Below are positions 47,624-56,993 of a stretch of 64,000 bases of DNA, one piece after another (position 1 is the stretch's first letter; each line of letters begins with the position of its first letter). The stretch lies in IMG/VR virus record IMGVR_UViG_3300025886_000012; one strand, given 5' to 3'. Under the pieces are notes generated by a model. The model was not told where the DNA came from and searched no databases. It was given only the letters and a program-made list of their open reading frames with translations. Both the position numbers and the translations under genes were made by a program. The stretch comes from a virus.

Positions 47624-49792
47624 GTGCAAGTATTGACAACAATTGACAATGTAGGCGGTAATGGTTTTAATTCTCAAACAAGCATAGCTAGTGAAGCTAC
47701 GCTTGCTGCACTACTCGATGCTGTCAAAGGCGGTGGCAGCGGACTTAATAATAATCAAGAAGCTAGCAATACTAACGCTGGTGGTGGCATTGGCAACGCA
47801 TTAAAAGGCACAGCAAAAGCATTAACTGCACCTCTTGCAGGTGCAGTTAAAGGTGTTGGTCGCCTTGCAAAAGAACTTGCGTATGGTAATGCTCGGTTAG
47901 GAGATTTTGCAGAAGCAATCTTTGACGGTTCAAATGCAATGGTCGATCTAACTAGGTATTTAGATTCTAATATTGATAATCTCAGAGAGTTATCCAGTGC
48001 AGGTGCATCATTTAATAACAGCTTGGTTGATATGCTAGACGCTTCGGTAAAAAGCGGAATGCGACTAGGACAATTTCAACAATTTGTAAGTAATAGCACA
48101 GAATCTTTAGCAGCATTTGGCGGAACAGTAACCAGTGGTGCAAAATCTTTTGGAAAATTTAGTAAAGATTTTCGCGATGGCCCTGGAAGACGATTATTTG
48201 AAATGGGGTTAACTGTTAACGATATTAATGATAGTTTATTATCATATGCTGAAATTGAACGCAGACGCACTGGTGAAAATATACGCAATGATGCTGTTAC
48301 TCGACAAAATGCATTAGCATATTCAAAAACAGTTGAAGGACTTACAAAGGTTACTGGCCTTCAACGTGACCAAATTGAAGACTCTCTACAGAAACAAGTA
48401 CAAGAAGCAAGAGTTCGAAACATGCAGTCAAGACTTTCAACAGAGGCGTTGGCAAATTTTCAATCAAACTTAGGGTTTGTTGACGAAAAACTTGGTGGTG
48501 CTTTTGCTGACGGATTTAGAGACATTGTAGACGGTGTTGCCCAAACAGATGCCGGCAAGGCCTTGGCAAATCAGCTTGGTCCATCTTTTGTTGATTTTGC
48601 ACAACGAGCAGGTAGAGGCGAAGTTAGCCAAGATGAATTTCTTAAACGAATAGCGTCTGCAGGAAAGACATTGAATGCCAAGAGTAAAACTTTTGGTGAT
48701 GCACAGCTAAGTGCTATGGAAAGCGCAGGCGGCATCAATACTGCAATAGCAAACCTGTTTAACGAAGCATATAAACTTGCTGATGCGCAGGCACTAAATG
48801 CTGATAAAGCTGGCGACGAAGGTGATCAAACAGACAAAGTAACCGCCTCACTTATGAAGTTTGATGAATCGATTACCGCACTACGAACTCAGGCACTAGA
48901 TGCAATAATCACCACTCTTACAAAAGATAAAGGATTAATTGATTCTTTTGAAAATTTAGGTGATACTGCATCAGATAAATTTAGTCCTGCGATTGAAAAC
49001 ATTTCAACCCAGTTAGGCAATATGATGACTGATTTTGGTAGTCTTAGTCTTTCTATGATTGGTCCAGAAGGAGGAGCAGTTAGTGTAATTGATAGACTTA
49101 CTGCTGCACTAGACAATATACCAGATAATCTAACAAACATATTCGGCGACGGCAACGGCAGCGGATTGTTAGGCGAAGCAATTAAAAGCATTAAAGATGA
49201 GTTTAAAGGAGTTGGAACTGCGATTGCTAACGCAATGACAGATCAGATAAAAGAAATCTTTGGCGGATTTGGTGGATCTAATCTTAGTGCTACTAATACA
49301 ACAAAACTTATAGATCAATTTAAAGATAATCCAGACAGTCTTTCAGCTGATGAAAGAACAGATCTAATACGAACATTAGTTAATGAAAGTGCTGAAAAGC
49401 AAGGTGGTTTCGGGGCATGGATGAATAAACTCGCTGAGAATTCAGGCTTACAGGCCCTAAATGATGCTTTAAATTTTGAAGGAACATTCTATACCGATGA
49501 AAAAATTGAGAAGTTGATTGCCGGTCGCAATATAGGAACACTAAGAGCTACAGGAAGAACAACTGAACCTGCTGATTTAACTGCAAAAATTCACAAAGGC
49601 GAACGTGTGCTAAATTCACAAGAAGCAGCAGCATACAACAGTCAGACTGGGGCTGGAGGAACTATACAACAGTTAAATACAACTATGAATCAAGCTGTAT
49701 CACTGTTGCAAACTATTGCAATGTATCAAGGTCAAACCGCTAAAAGTGTTGCAGGAATAGGAACTGATTATTACAGAGGCATTAACACATGA
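47624..49792 (+). CDS. Tape-measure-like protein
   Basis: Long helical A/G/S/Q-rich protein next to the chaperone gene; start may be TTG 47633 (SD GGAG at 47621). Confidence 0.65.
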   Translation: MQVLTTIDNVGGNGFNSQTSIASEATLAALLDAVKGGGSGLNNNQEASNTNAGGGIGNALKGTAKALTAPLAGAVKGVGRLAKELAYGNARLGDFAEAIFDGSNAMVDLTRYLDSNIDNLRELSSAGASFNNSLVDMLDASVKSGMRLGQFQQFVSNSTESLAAFGGTVTSGAKSFGKFSKDFRDGPGRRLFEMGLTVNDINDSLLSYAEIERRRTGENIRNDAVTRQNALAYSKTVEGLTKVTGLQRDQIEDSLQKQVQEARVRNMQSRLSTEALANFQSNLGFVDEKLGGAFADGFRDIVDGVAQTDAGKALANQLGPSFVDFAQRAGRGEVSQDEFLKRIASAGKTLNAKSKTFGDAQLSAMESAGGINTAIANLFNEAYKLADAQALNADKAGDEGDQTDKVTASLMKFDESITALRTQALDAIITTLTKDKGLIDSFENLGDTASDKFSPAIENISTQLGNMMTDFGSLSLSMIGPEGGAVSVIDRLTAALDNIPDNLTNIFGDGNGSGLLGEAIKSIKDEFKGVGTAIANAMTDQIKEIFGGFGGSNLSATNTTKLIDQFKDNPDSLSADERTDLIRTLVNESAEKQGGFGAWMNKLAENSGLQALNDALNFEGTFYTDEKIEKLIAGRNIGTLRATGRTTEPADLTAKIHKGERVLNSQEAAAYNSQTGAGGTIQQLNTTMNQAVSLLQTIAMYQGQTAKSVAGIGTDYYRGINT

Positions 49793-51534
49793 GTTGGAAA
49801 AAACATTTTACACCAGTACCCGCAAGCAAGAATACAACAGGTAGTTATAGTCCTTTTAGCTTTAACAAAAGCAATGGCGGCGTAGGTCCAGCAGCGGCAA
49901 ATTACTCAAGTCATTTGCCTGATGTATACGTAGGATCACCAAACCGTATTGAAAGATATGGCCAGTATAATACTATGGATACTGATTCTGAAGTTAATGC
50001 TGCCCTTGATATTCTTGGAGAATTTTGTACACAACCAAACAAACAAAATGGTACACCGTTTAGTATTGTATTTCATCAAACTGCTACTAGCACTGAAGTA
50101 AATATTGTGTCACAATATTTAAAACAGTGGTGTAAGTTACAACAATTTGAAAAACGTATGTTCAAAATCATTAGAAATACGTTTAAATATGGCGATCAAT
50201 TTTTTATTAGAGATCCACAAACTTCAAAATGGTTTCATGTTGATCCTGCAAACCTAACCAAAGTTATTGTTAATGAAAGTGAAGGCAAGCGTCCAGAACA
50301 GTACATTATCAAAGATATTAATATATCATATGAAGCATTAAGTGCTACCAAAATCAATACAATTAACGACGGCGTTGGCGCTAACGGAGCCGGACAAAAT
50401 TATCAAACACTTGATCAAAAATACATGACCGGATCTCCAAATACTCCAAACAACAGCAACAGATATTCAACTGACTCAAATGAAATTGCAGTTGATGCTC
50501 AACACATTGTACACCTTTCGATGAACGAAGGATTAGATAATAACTATCCATTTGGTAATAGTTTACTTGAAACTATCTTTAAAGTATACAAGCAAAAAGA
50601 ATTACTTGAAGATGCAATTATTATCTATCGTGTGCAACGTGCGCCAGAGCGCAGAGTATTCTACGTTGATGTGGGCAACATGCCATCACACCTTGCTATG
50701 CAGTTTGTGGAGCGTGTAAAGACGGAAATTCATCAAAGACGAATCCCATCAAAGACCGGCGGAGGACAAACAGTCATAGACAGTAGCTACAACCCGTTGT
50801 CAATTAACGAAGACTACTTCTTTCCACAAACTGCTGAAGGTCGTGGATCAAAAGTTGAAACACTACCAGGCGGAACCAACCTTGGTGAAATTGACGATTT
50901 ACGCTATTTCACCAATAAACTAGTACGTGGATTGAGAATTCCAAGTTCTTACTTGCCAACTGGTGCAGACGATTCGGCTTCGCAATACAATGACGGTCGT
51001 GTTGGCACAGCCTATATCCAAGAATTAAGATTTAACAATTACTGCGAACGACTACAAAGTATGCTCACAGAAGTATTTAATAATGAGTTTAAACTTTACT
51101 TAGATCATAAAGGAATTAACATTGATATTTCAATGTTTGATTTAAAACTACAAACTCCACAAAACTTTGCAAGTTATAACCTAGCAGAGCTAGACAATAA
51201 TAGAATTTCTACATTTAGTCAAATGCAAGCTGTGCCATTTATTTCAAATCGCTTTGCTTTAAAAAGGTTCTTGGGTCTATCTGATGAAGAAATTCAACAA
51301 AATGAAGCACTATGGCGTGAAGAGAATGATGAATTCTTTACTGGCGAGCCACAAGACGCTGCTGCTAATATGAGAGACGCTGGTATAACTGGCGCAGGCA
51401 TATCAGACGATATGACAGCAACTGGCGAAGATGAGATACCTGAAGAACCAATGGACGATGCAAACAGCGCATTACCCACTGATGCAGCTGCCCCAGCAAC
51501 ATCACCGGCAGCAGAAACAGCAGTTGGAGCATAA
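49789..51534 (+). CDS. gp20: Portal vertex protein
   Basis: LLEDAIIIYRVQRAPERRVFYVDVGNMP, EDYFFP..GRGSKVETLPGG.NLGEIDDLRYF. Confidence 0.95.
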   Translation: MSWKKHFTPVPASKNTTGSYSPFSFNKSNGGVGPAAANYSSHLPDVYVGSPNRIERYGQYNTMDTDSEVNAALDILGEFCTQPNKQNGTPFSIVFHQTATSTEVNIVSQYLKQWCKLQQFEKRMFKIIRNTFKYGDQFFIRDPQTSKWFHVDPANLTKVIVNESEGKRPEQYIIKDINISYEALSATKINTINDGVGANGAGQNYQTLDQKYMTGSPNTPNNSNRYSTDSNEIAVDAQHIVHLSMNEGLDNNYPFGNSLLETIFKVYKQKELLEDAIIIYRVQRAPERRVFYVDVGNMPSHLAMQFVERVKTEIHQRRIPSKTGGGQTVIDSSYNPLSINEDYFFPQTAEGRGSKVETLPGGTNLGEIDDLRYFTNKLVRGLRIPSSYLPTGADDSASQYNDGRVGTAYIQELRFNNYCERLQSMLTEVFNNEFKLYLDHKGINIDISMFDLKLQTPQNFASYNLAELDNNRISTFSQMQAVPFISNRFALKRFLGLSDEEIQQNEALWREENDEFFTGEPQDAAANMRDAGITGAGISDDMTATGEDEIPEEPMDDANSALPTDAAAPATSPAAETAVGA

Positions 51535-51542
51535 ATAGTAAC

Positions 51543-51788
51543 ATGATACTTAGAGAACTATATTACTTTGATAAAAAAACAATGGAGCCTGAAGAGGACC
51601 ATCGTTATGAACCTGAAAGAGATAAGAAAACATATTCTTTTTCAGATACAAGACAGACTAGATTAACGTTAGGTGACATTAATAAAGCAAGAAAAGCTGA
51701 CGAAAAGCATAGCGAAGAAAAAATTAAAGACTTGTATCATGTAAGAGCAATGTATGGAATATCTGCACAAGCACCTGCTGAAATGTAA
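51543..51788 (+). CDS. Hypothetical protein (head module)
   Basis: 81-aa ORF; ATAAATA at 51531-51537 exactly 5 nt before ATG. Confidence 0.75.
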   Translation: MILRELYYFDKKTMEPEEDHRYEPERDKKTYSFSDTRQTRLTLGDINKARKADEKHSEEKIKDLYHVRAMYGISAQAPAEM

Positions 51789-51806
51789 TATTACAAGGAT
51801 CTTACA

Positions 51807-52556
51807 TTGAAAAAATATATTCCAGGTGAGTCAAAAGCTGAACGAAAACAAAGAAAAACTATTGACAAATTAAAAAAACTTCAATCAAAATCGTTAGATA
51901 AACAGACTGTAGAATCTACCAATATATCCAACAATAATAATTTAGATACTAATAAAAATCTTAATTCGCCGATTGCATTTGTTCTTGGCAACGGAATTAG
52001 CAGAAAAGATATAGATATTACACTATTACAAACCTATGGAAAAGTATATGCGTGTAATGCAATATATCGTACTTCGCAACCTGATTATTTAATTGCAGTT
52101 GATACTAAGATGATGAAAGAAATAATACAATCTGGATATCATCAAACTAATATAGTTTACACTAATCCAAATCGTTTCACTAGAGAATTTGATAATATAA
52201 ATTTGTTTACTCCAAATTTAGGCTGGAGTTCAGGTCCAAGTGCATTAAATTTAGCTAGTACACACGGATATTCAACAATATATATACTAGGTTTTGACTA
52301 TCAAGGAGTAGGTGAAAACAATGGTCTAGTTAATAATTTGTATAGTGGAACTGAAAATTACAAAGGCAGTAATGACAGAGCTACTTATTTTGGTAACTGG
52401 TCTAGACAAACTGGTATATGCATAAGAAAATATCCTGAAATAAAGTATATACGAGTAGTCGAAGATGAAAATAGCTTTGTTCCTGATAATATTACCAACA
52501 TGGAGAATTTAAAACATATTACCAAACAAAATTTTATAAATAACTTATCTAAATAA
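51807..52556 (+). CDS. DUF115/MptE/Maf-like Rossmann-fold (sialyltransferase-like) protein
   Basis: AFVLGNGIS, VYACNAIY, PDYLIAVD, GWSSG, IYILGFDY; TTG start. Confidence 0.55.
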   Translation: MKKYIPGESKAERKQRKTIDKLKKLQSKSLDKQTVESTNISNNNNLDTNKNLNSPIAFVLGNGISRKDIDITLLQTYGKVYACNAIYRTSQPDYLIAVDTKMMKEIIQSGYHQTNIVYTNPNRFTREFDNINLFTPNLGWSSGPSALNLASTHGYSTIYILGFDYQGVGENNGLVNNLYSGTENYKGSNDRATYFGNWSRQTGICIRKYPEIKYIRVVEDENSFVPDNITNMENLKHITKQNFINNLSK

Positions 52557-52613
52557 AAAAAATATAAAACTGTCGGTTTTGAACCTATTATAGTATAGTT
52601 TTTACTATAACGT

Positions 52614-52620
52614 GTAAATA
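52614..52620 (+). promoter_or_regulatory. Late promoter variant GTAAATA for head operon
   Basis: Preceded by hairpin TTATAGTA-N7-TACTATAA (52588-52610). Confidence 0.5.
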
Positions 52621-52658
52621 TAACTGACAGCCTTGAAGTACATTTAAAGGAGAAAAAC

Positions 52659-53627
52659 ATGACTGATCAAAATAAATTTGAAGAAATGCTAGAACGTCTA
52701 ATTAACGAAGACCGTTCAGGCGCAGAAGAACTATTTCACGAAATAGTTGTAGCAAAATCAAGAGAAATTTACCAAGACATTATTGAATCTGAAGAAGAAG
52801 TTGACGAAGATGAAGAAGTTGACGAATCATCCGAAGACGATTTAGACGAATCCGAAGACGATTTAGACGAATCAGAAGATGATTTAGACGAATCATCCGA
52901 AGACGATTTAGACGAATCATCCGAAGACGATTTAGACGAAATGTTTGGTCTTGACGAAGTAGACGATGACATGGGCGGCGATCCAACTGATGACATGATG
53001 TCAGACATTGAAGACGGCGACGACATGGATGACATGGGCGACGACATAGGCGACGATGAGGAAATAGAAGATCGTGTAGTTGACTTAGAAGACGCACTAG
53101 CTGAATTACAACAAGAATTTGAAGCTATGATGGGCGACGATGACGACATGGGCGATGACGACATGGATAGCGATGACGACATGGACGACATGGACGACAT
53201 GGGCGATGACGACATGGACGATGACGACATGGATGGTGATGACGAAACTGAAGAGTCGTATGCATTTGAAGAGTCTGACGAAGAAGTTGACGAATCAGAA
53301 GAAGAAGTTGACGAAGTTGCTAAATCAGCAACTGAGCAAATGCGTGAATATGTTGAAAAAATATCTGCACCATCTGGTGGCGATAACGGCGCAAATTCAA
53401 AAAGCATAGTAGCAAAGCCAAATAATATGGGCGGAACATCAGCAAATATTGCTAAAGGTGCAACCGAAGCAGGCGGTAAGGCTGCTGCCCCAAAAGTGGA
53501 TGACGCAGGCAATAGAAATAAGCCCGGCGGCATGAGTGCCAAAAAAGGCATGAAAAACGAACCTGGTCACGGCGCTGAGAAAAAGGGCAAGCCAGAGAAT
53601 GCTGCAGATAAAAAGTCATTGACTTGA
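52659..53627 (+). CDS. Highly acidic prohead core/scaffold-type protein
   Basis: D/E-rich; directly upstream of prohead protease, where T4 has gp67/gp68. Confidence 0.6.
   Translation: MTDQNKFEEMLERLINEDRSGAEELFHEIVVAKSREIYQDIIESEEEVDEDEEVDESSEDDLDESEDDLDESEDDLDESSEDDLDESSEDDLDEMFGLDEVDDDMGGDPTDDMMSDIEDGDDMDDMGDDIGDDEEIEDRVVDLEDALAELQQEFEAMMGDDDDMGDDDMDSDDDMDDMDDMGDDDMDDDDMDGDDETEESYAFEESDEEVDESEEEVDEVAKSATEQMREYVEKISAPSGGDNGANSKSIVAKPNNMGGTSANIAKGATEAGGKAAAPKVDDAGNRNKPGGMSAKKGMKNEPGHGAEKKGKPENAADKKSLT
52821..52940. repeat. Five tandem 21/24-bp units encoding DE(S)SEDDL
   Basis: GACGAATC(ATC)CGAAGACGATTTA-type units read directly. Confidence 0.9.
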
Positions 53628-53654
53628 AGCAGCAAATAAGTTAAGGAATTACGG

Positions 53655-54278
53655 ATGAGCTATTTACGTGAACATATGAGTTTCGACCAGGCTAAAATTG
53701 TTGTTGAGTCTGCTAACGAAGGCAAAGATCTTTATATGAAAGGCATTTGTATTCAAGGCGGAGTACGCAACGCAAATCAGCGTGTATATCCCGTAAATGA
53801 AATTAGTAGGGCTGTCACCACACTCAATGAACAAATTGCTGGTGGTTATTCAGTTCTTGGTGAAGTAGATCATCCTGAAGGACTTAACATTAACATTGAC
53901 CGTGTATGCCATATGGTTACAGAAATGTGGATGGACGGTGCAAATGGTTACGGTAAATTAAAAATATTACCTACTCCGATGGGACAACTAGTTAAAACAA
54001 TGCTTGAAGCACAAGTTAAACTAGGTGTCTCATCAAGAGGCTCCGGCAACGTTAGCGAAAGCGGCAATGGCGAAGTAAGCGAATTTGAGATAATCACCGT
54101 GGATGTTGTAGCTCAACCTAGCGCACCAGGTGCTTATCCAACACCAATATATGAACACCTAATGAATGAAAAAGGTGGATATAAGGCATTTATTACAAGT
54201 AAAGAAGTAACAGGCGACAAAAAGGCACAGAAATATATTGCAGAGAGCTTATTAAATATAATAAGCAGGCTCCAATAA
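53655..54278 (+). CDS. gp21: Prohead protease
   Basis: NANQRVYP, LGEVDHP, LGVSSRGSG, DVVAQPSAPGAY. Confidence 0.95.
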   Translation: MSYLREHMSFDQAKIVVESANEGKDLYMKGICIQGGVRNANQRVYPVNEISRAVTTLNEQIAGGYSVLGEVDHPEGLNINIDRVCHMVTEMWMDGANGYGKLKILPTPMGQLVKTMLEAQVKLGVSSRGSGNVSESGNGEVSEFEIITVDVVAQPSAPGAYPTPIYEHLMNEKGGYKAFITSKEVTGDKKAQKYIAESLLNIISRLQ

Positions 54279-54289
54279 AGGAGAATAAT

Positions 54290-55375
54290 ATGGACCCAAT
54301 AAAATCCCTTTTAGAGAGTGAAGCAATTACAGAGCAAATGAAATCTGAAATACAAGAAGCATGGGATACTAAGATAAAAGAAAATCGTCTTAGTGTTGCA
54401 TCAGAACTAAGAGAAGAATTTGCTTCAAAGTACGAACACGATAAAGGTGTTATGGTTGAAGCAATTGATTCAATGATACGCGAAAAGCTATCAGAAGAAA
54501 TGACAGAATTCCACGAAGATAGATTACAACTTTCGGAAGCTAAAACAAAATATGTTAAAGCTATGAGAGAAAATTCTAATCTTTTAAAGACATTTGTTAG
54601 CAATACTCTTGTTAAAGAAATTTCAGACCTACATGAAGATCAAAAAGAAATGGCAAATAAATTTACCATTTTAGAAGAATTTATTGTAGATCAACTTGCA
54701 AACGAAATTGCAGAATTCCAAGAAGATAAGAAAGACTTAGCTGAAACAAAAGTACGTTTAGTACGTGAAGCTAAAGTTCACTTCAACAAAATTAAGAAAA
54801 CTTTTGTTGAAAGAAGTGCAAAAGCAGTTGAGAGAACAGTTAACAACGGATTAACATCTGAAATTAGCCAACTCAAAGAAGATATTGAAGTAGCACGTAA
54901 AAATGATTTCGGTCGTAAAATATTTGAAGCATTTTCTTCAGAATATTTAAATTCACATCTTAGTGAATCGTCTGAAACCAAAAAATTGTTAAAAGTTCTT
55001 GAAGCTAAAGATAAACAACTTGCTGATGCAAAAACACTTGCAGTAAAAGCTAAAACTATAGCAGAATCAAAAGACGCTGAAGTAAAGCGTTTGCTTGAAT
55101 CCAAAGAACGTATAGCTATTATGAACGAGTTGACTACGCCATTAAGCAGAGATCAACGAGGAATCATGAATGACTTACTGGAGTCGGTACAAACTAGTAG
55201 ACTACGTCGACAATTTGACAAATACCTACCGTCAGTAATTGATGGTCATAGTCCAGCAAAGCAGAAGGCACAGATAACCGAGGCAAAAGAAATAACAGGC
55301 AATAGAAATAATAGTTCAATCAAACCAGTATCAGACCATAATGTCGTTGACATTAAACGTCTAGCTGGATTATAA
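54290..55375 (+). CDS. gp22: Prohead core scaffold protein
   Basis: Coiled-coil protein between protease and capsid; FGRKIFEAF. Confidence 0.8.
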   Translation: MDPIKSLLESEAITEQMKSEIQEAWDTKIKENRLSVASELREEFASKYEHDKGVMVEAIDSMIREKLSEEMTEFHEDRLQLSEAKTKYVKAMRENSNLLKTFVSNTLVKEISDLHEDQKEMANKFTILEEFIVDQLANEIAEFQEDKKDLAETKVRLVREAKVHFNKIKKTFVERSAKAVERTVNNGLTSEISQLKEDIEVARKNDFGRKIFEAFSSEYLNSHLSESSETKKLLKVLEAKDKQLADAKTLAVKAKTIAESKDAEVKRLLESKERIAIMNELTTPLSRDQRGIMNDLLESVQTSRLRRQFDKYLPSVIDGHSPAKQKAQITEAKEITGNRNNSSIKPVSDHNVVDIKRLAGL

Positions 55376-55388
55376 TAAGGAGATAATT

Positions 55389-56564
55389 ATGTCAGAACTA
55401 CTAGAAAGTCGCTGGACAGAGACTAAAGGTGCTCTGCTCGAGGGCCTCGGAGGCAACAAAAAGGCAGTAATGGACACTACTCTTGAAAATACACGCAAGT
55501 ATTTGTCAGAGAGTGCAACTGCTGGTGCTACTTCTGCGGGTAACGTCGCGACACTTAACCGTGTGATCCTACCAGTGATCAGACGTGTAATGCCAACTGT
55601 CATTGCAAATGAACTAGTTGGTGTACAACCAATGACCGGCCCAGTCGGTCAAATCCACACATTGAGAGTGCGTTATGCAGATACGTTTGATTCAACTAGT
55701 GGAACAGATGTAACTGCAGGCGAAGAAGCATTAAGCCCATTCAAAATTGCCGAAGGTTACTCAGGTGCTGCTGCAACTGATAAAGCAGCTTCAACAGGAT
55801 CCATGGAAGGTACAGCTGGTAACAGACTAAGCATCCAGATCTTGAAGCAAACTGTAGAAGCAAAATCACGCAAGCTATCCGCTCGCTGGACTTTTGAATC
55901 TGCACAAGATGCTCAATCACAGCATGGCATTGATGTAGAAGCAGAAATTATGGCTGCTCTTGCTCAAGAAATTACTTCTGAAATTGATCAAGAGGTAATT
56001 AGTAGCTTAACCACACTAGCTGGTTCTGCTGTACAAACATACGACCAAACATCTGTGTCTGGTACTGCTACTTTTGTTGGTGACGAACATGCTGCACTAG
56101 CTGTTACTATCAACAGAGTATCAAACCTAATTGCACAGCGTACACGTAGAGGCGCAGGTAACTGGGCAGTTGTTTCACCAACTGTACTAACTATCCTACA
56201 AAGTGCAACTACTTCAGCGTTTGCACGTACAACAGAAGGTACATTCGAAGCACCAACTAACACAAAACTAGTTGGTACATTGAACAATGCAATGAAAGTA
56301 TATGTTAACACATATGCTTCTAGCGATAATGTTCTAGTTGGCTATAAAGGTTCAACTGAATCTGATGCCGCAGCATTTTATTGCCCATACATTCCGCTAA
56401 TGAGCTCCGGTGTTGTGCTAGATCCAGCAACATTTGAGCCAGTTGTTAGCTTCATGACTCGTTATGGTTATGTAGAACTAACTAACGCAGCTAGCTCTCT
56501 TGGTAATGCTGCTGACTACTTAGGTCTAGTCGGAGTTACTTCAAATAGCTTAACTTTTAGCTAA
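55389..56564 (+). CDS. gp23: Major capsid protein
   Basis: VGVQPMTGPVGQIHTLRVRY, VEAKSRKLSARWT, YCPYIPL, MTRYG. Confidence 0.95.
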   Translation: MSELLESRWTETKGALLEGLGGNKKAVMDTTLENTRKYLSESATAGATSAGNVATLNRVILPVIRRVMPTVIANELVGVQPMTGPVGQIHTLRVRYADTFDSTSGTDVTAGEEALSPFKIAEGYSGAAATDKAASTGSMEGTAGNRLSIQILKQTVEAKSRKLSARWTFESAQDAQSQHGIDVEAEIMAALAQEITSEIDQEVISSLTTLAGSAVQTYDQTSVSGTATFVGDEHAALAVTINRVSNLIAQRTRRGAGNWAVVSPTVLTILQSATTSAFARTTEGTFEAPTNTKLVGTLNNAMKVYVNTYASSDNVLVGYKGSTESDAAAFYCPYIPLMSSGVVLDPATFEPVVSFMTRYGYVELTNAASSLGNAADYLGLVGVTSNSLTFS

Positions 56565-56581
56565 GTTATACTTTATATTAC

Positions 56582-56607
56582 AAAATAGGCGCTGCGGCGC
56601 CTATTTT
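56582..56607 (+). terminator. Intrinsic terminator after capsid gene (possibly bidirectional)
   Basis: AAAATAGGCGC-TGCG-GCGCCTATTTT. Confidence 0.85.
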
Positions 56608-56630
56608 CTTGACTTTTTTAAAAAAACCGG

Positions 56631-56659
56631 TTGACAACACCATATAAGTTTGCTATATT
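56631..56659 (+). promoter_or_regulatory. sigma70 promoter
   Basis: TTGACA, 17 bp, TG-C-TATATT (extended -10). Confidence 0.75.
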
Positions 56660-56665
56660 AAGTAC

Positions 56666-56884
56666 ATAAGTTAGGCGACGGTTTAACTTAGATGGTGACT
56701 GAAGCGATGTCGGTAGACGGCATCAAGGTAATGTAGAAGAATCTTAGCGGATTGGTTTAGCGACTGCATACATGTTCTGGGTTAATTGCACGAGTCTACT
56801 TGTGCCCGGTTGAAGGTAATAAGTAATTCCTTCCTATCAATATTAATTAAGGAAGGTTCTGCTACAGTGGCAGGACCTTTTTTT
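56666..56884 (+). ncRNA. Candidate ~220-nt small RNA
   Basis: Bounded by sigma70 promoter and terminator; only 13-14-codon ORFs without SD; several hairpins; about 43% GC by hand count. Confidence 0.55.
56853..56884 (+). terminator. Intrinsic terminator
   Basis: AAGGTTCTGC-TACAGTG-GCAGGACCTT followed by T run. Confidence 0.85.
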
Positions 56885-56891
56885 GTATTTG

Positions 56892-56898
56892 ATAAATA
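56892..56898 (+). promoter_or_regulatory. Late promoter ATAAATA
   Basis: Upstream of structured leader and 56994 gene. Confidence 0.55.
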
Positions 56899-56993
56899 TA
56901 TACGTCAGATAGTGTGTTATTAAGCACACTTATGCTGTCCCAACAGCGTACCGGATAGAACCCGGATAGGACTACTTTTATAGGAGAAAAAAA

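Noticed and set aside
51784-51795. Palindrome TGTAATATTACA resembling the 42941 hairpin arms
   Set aside because: AT-rich 12-mer with no third copy seen; likely chance.
52769-53551. 260-aa Ser-rich antisense ORF and other overlapping ORFs here
   Set aside because: Mirror of the D/E/M-rich repeats on the coding strand; no SD or promoter.
56706-56724. tRNA D-loop-like GGTAGA
   Set aside because: No TTC-containing T-arm, anticodon arm or acceptor stem.
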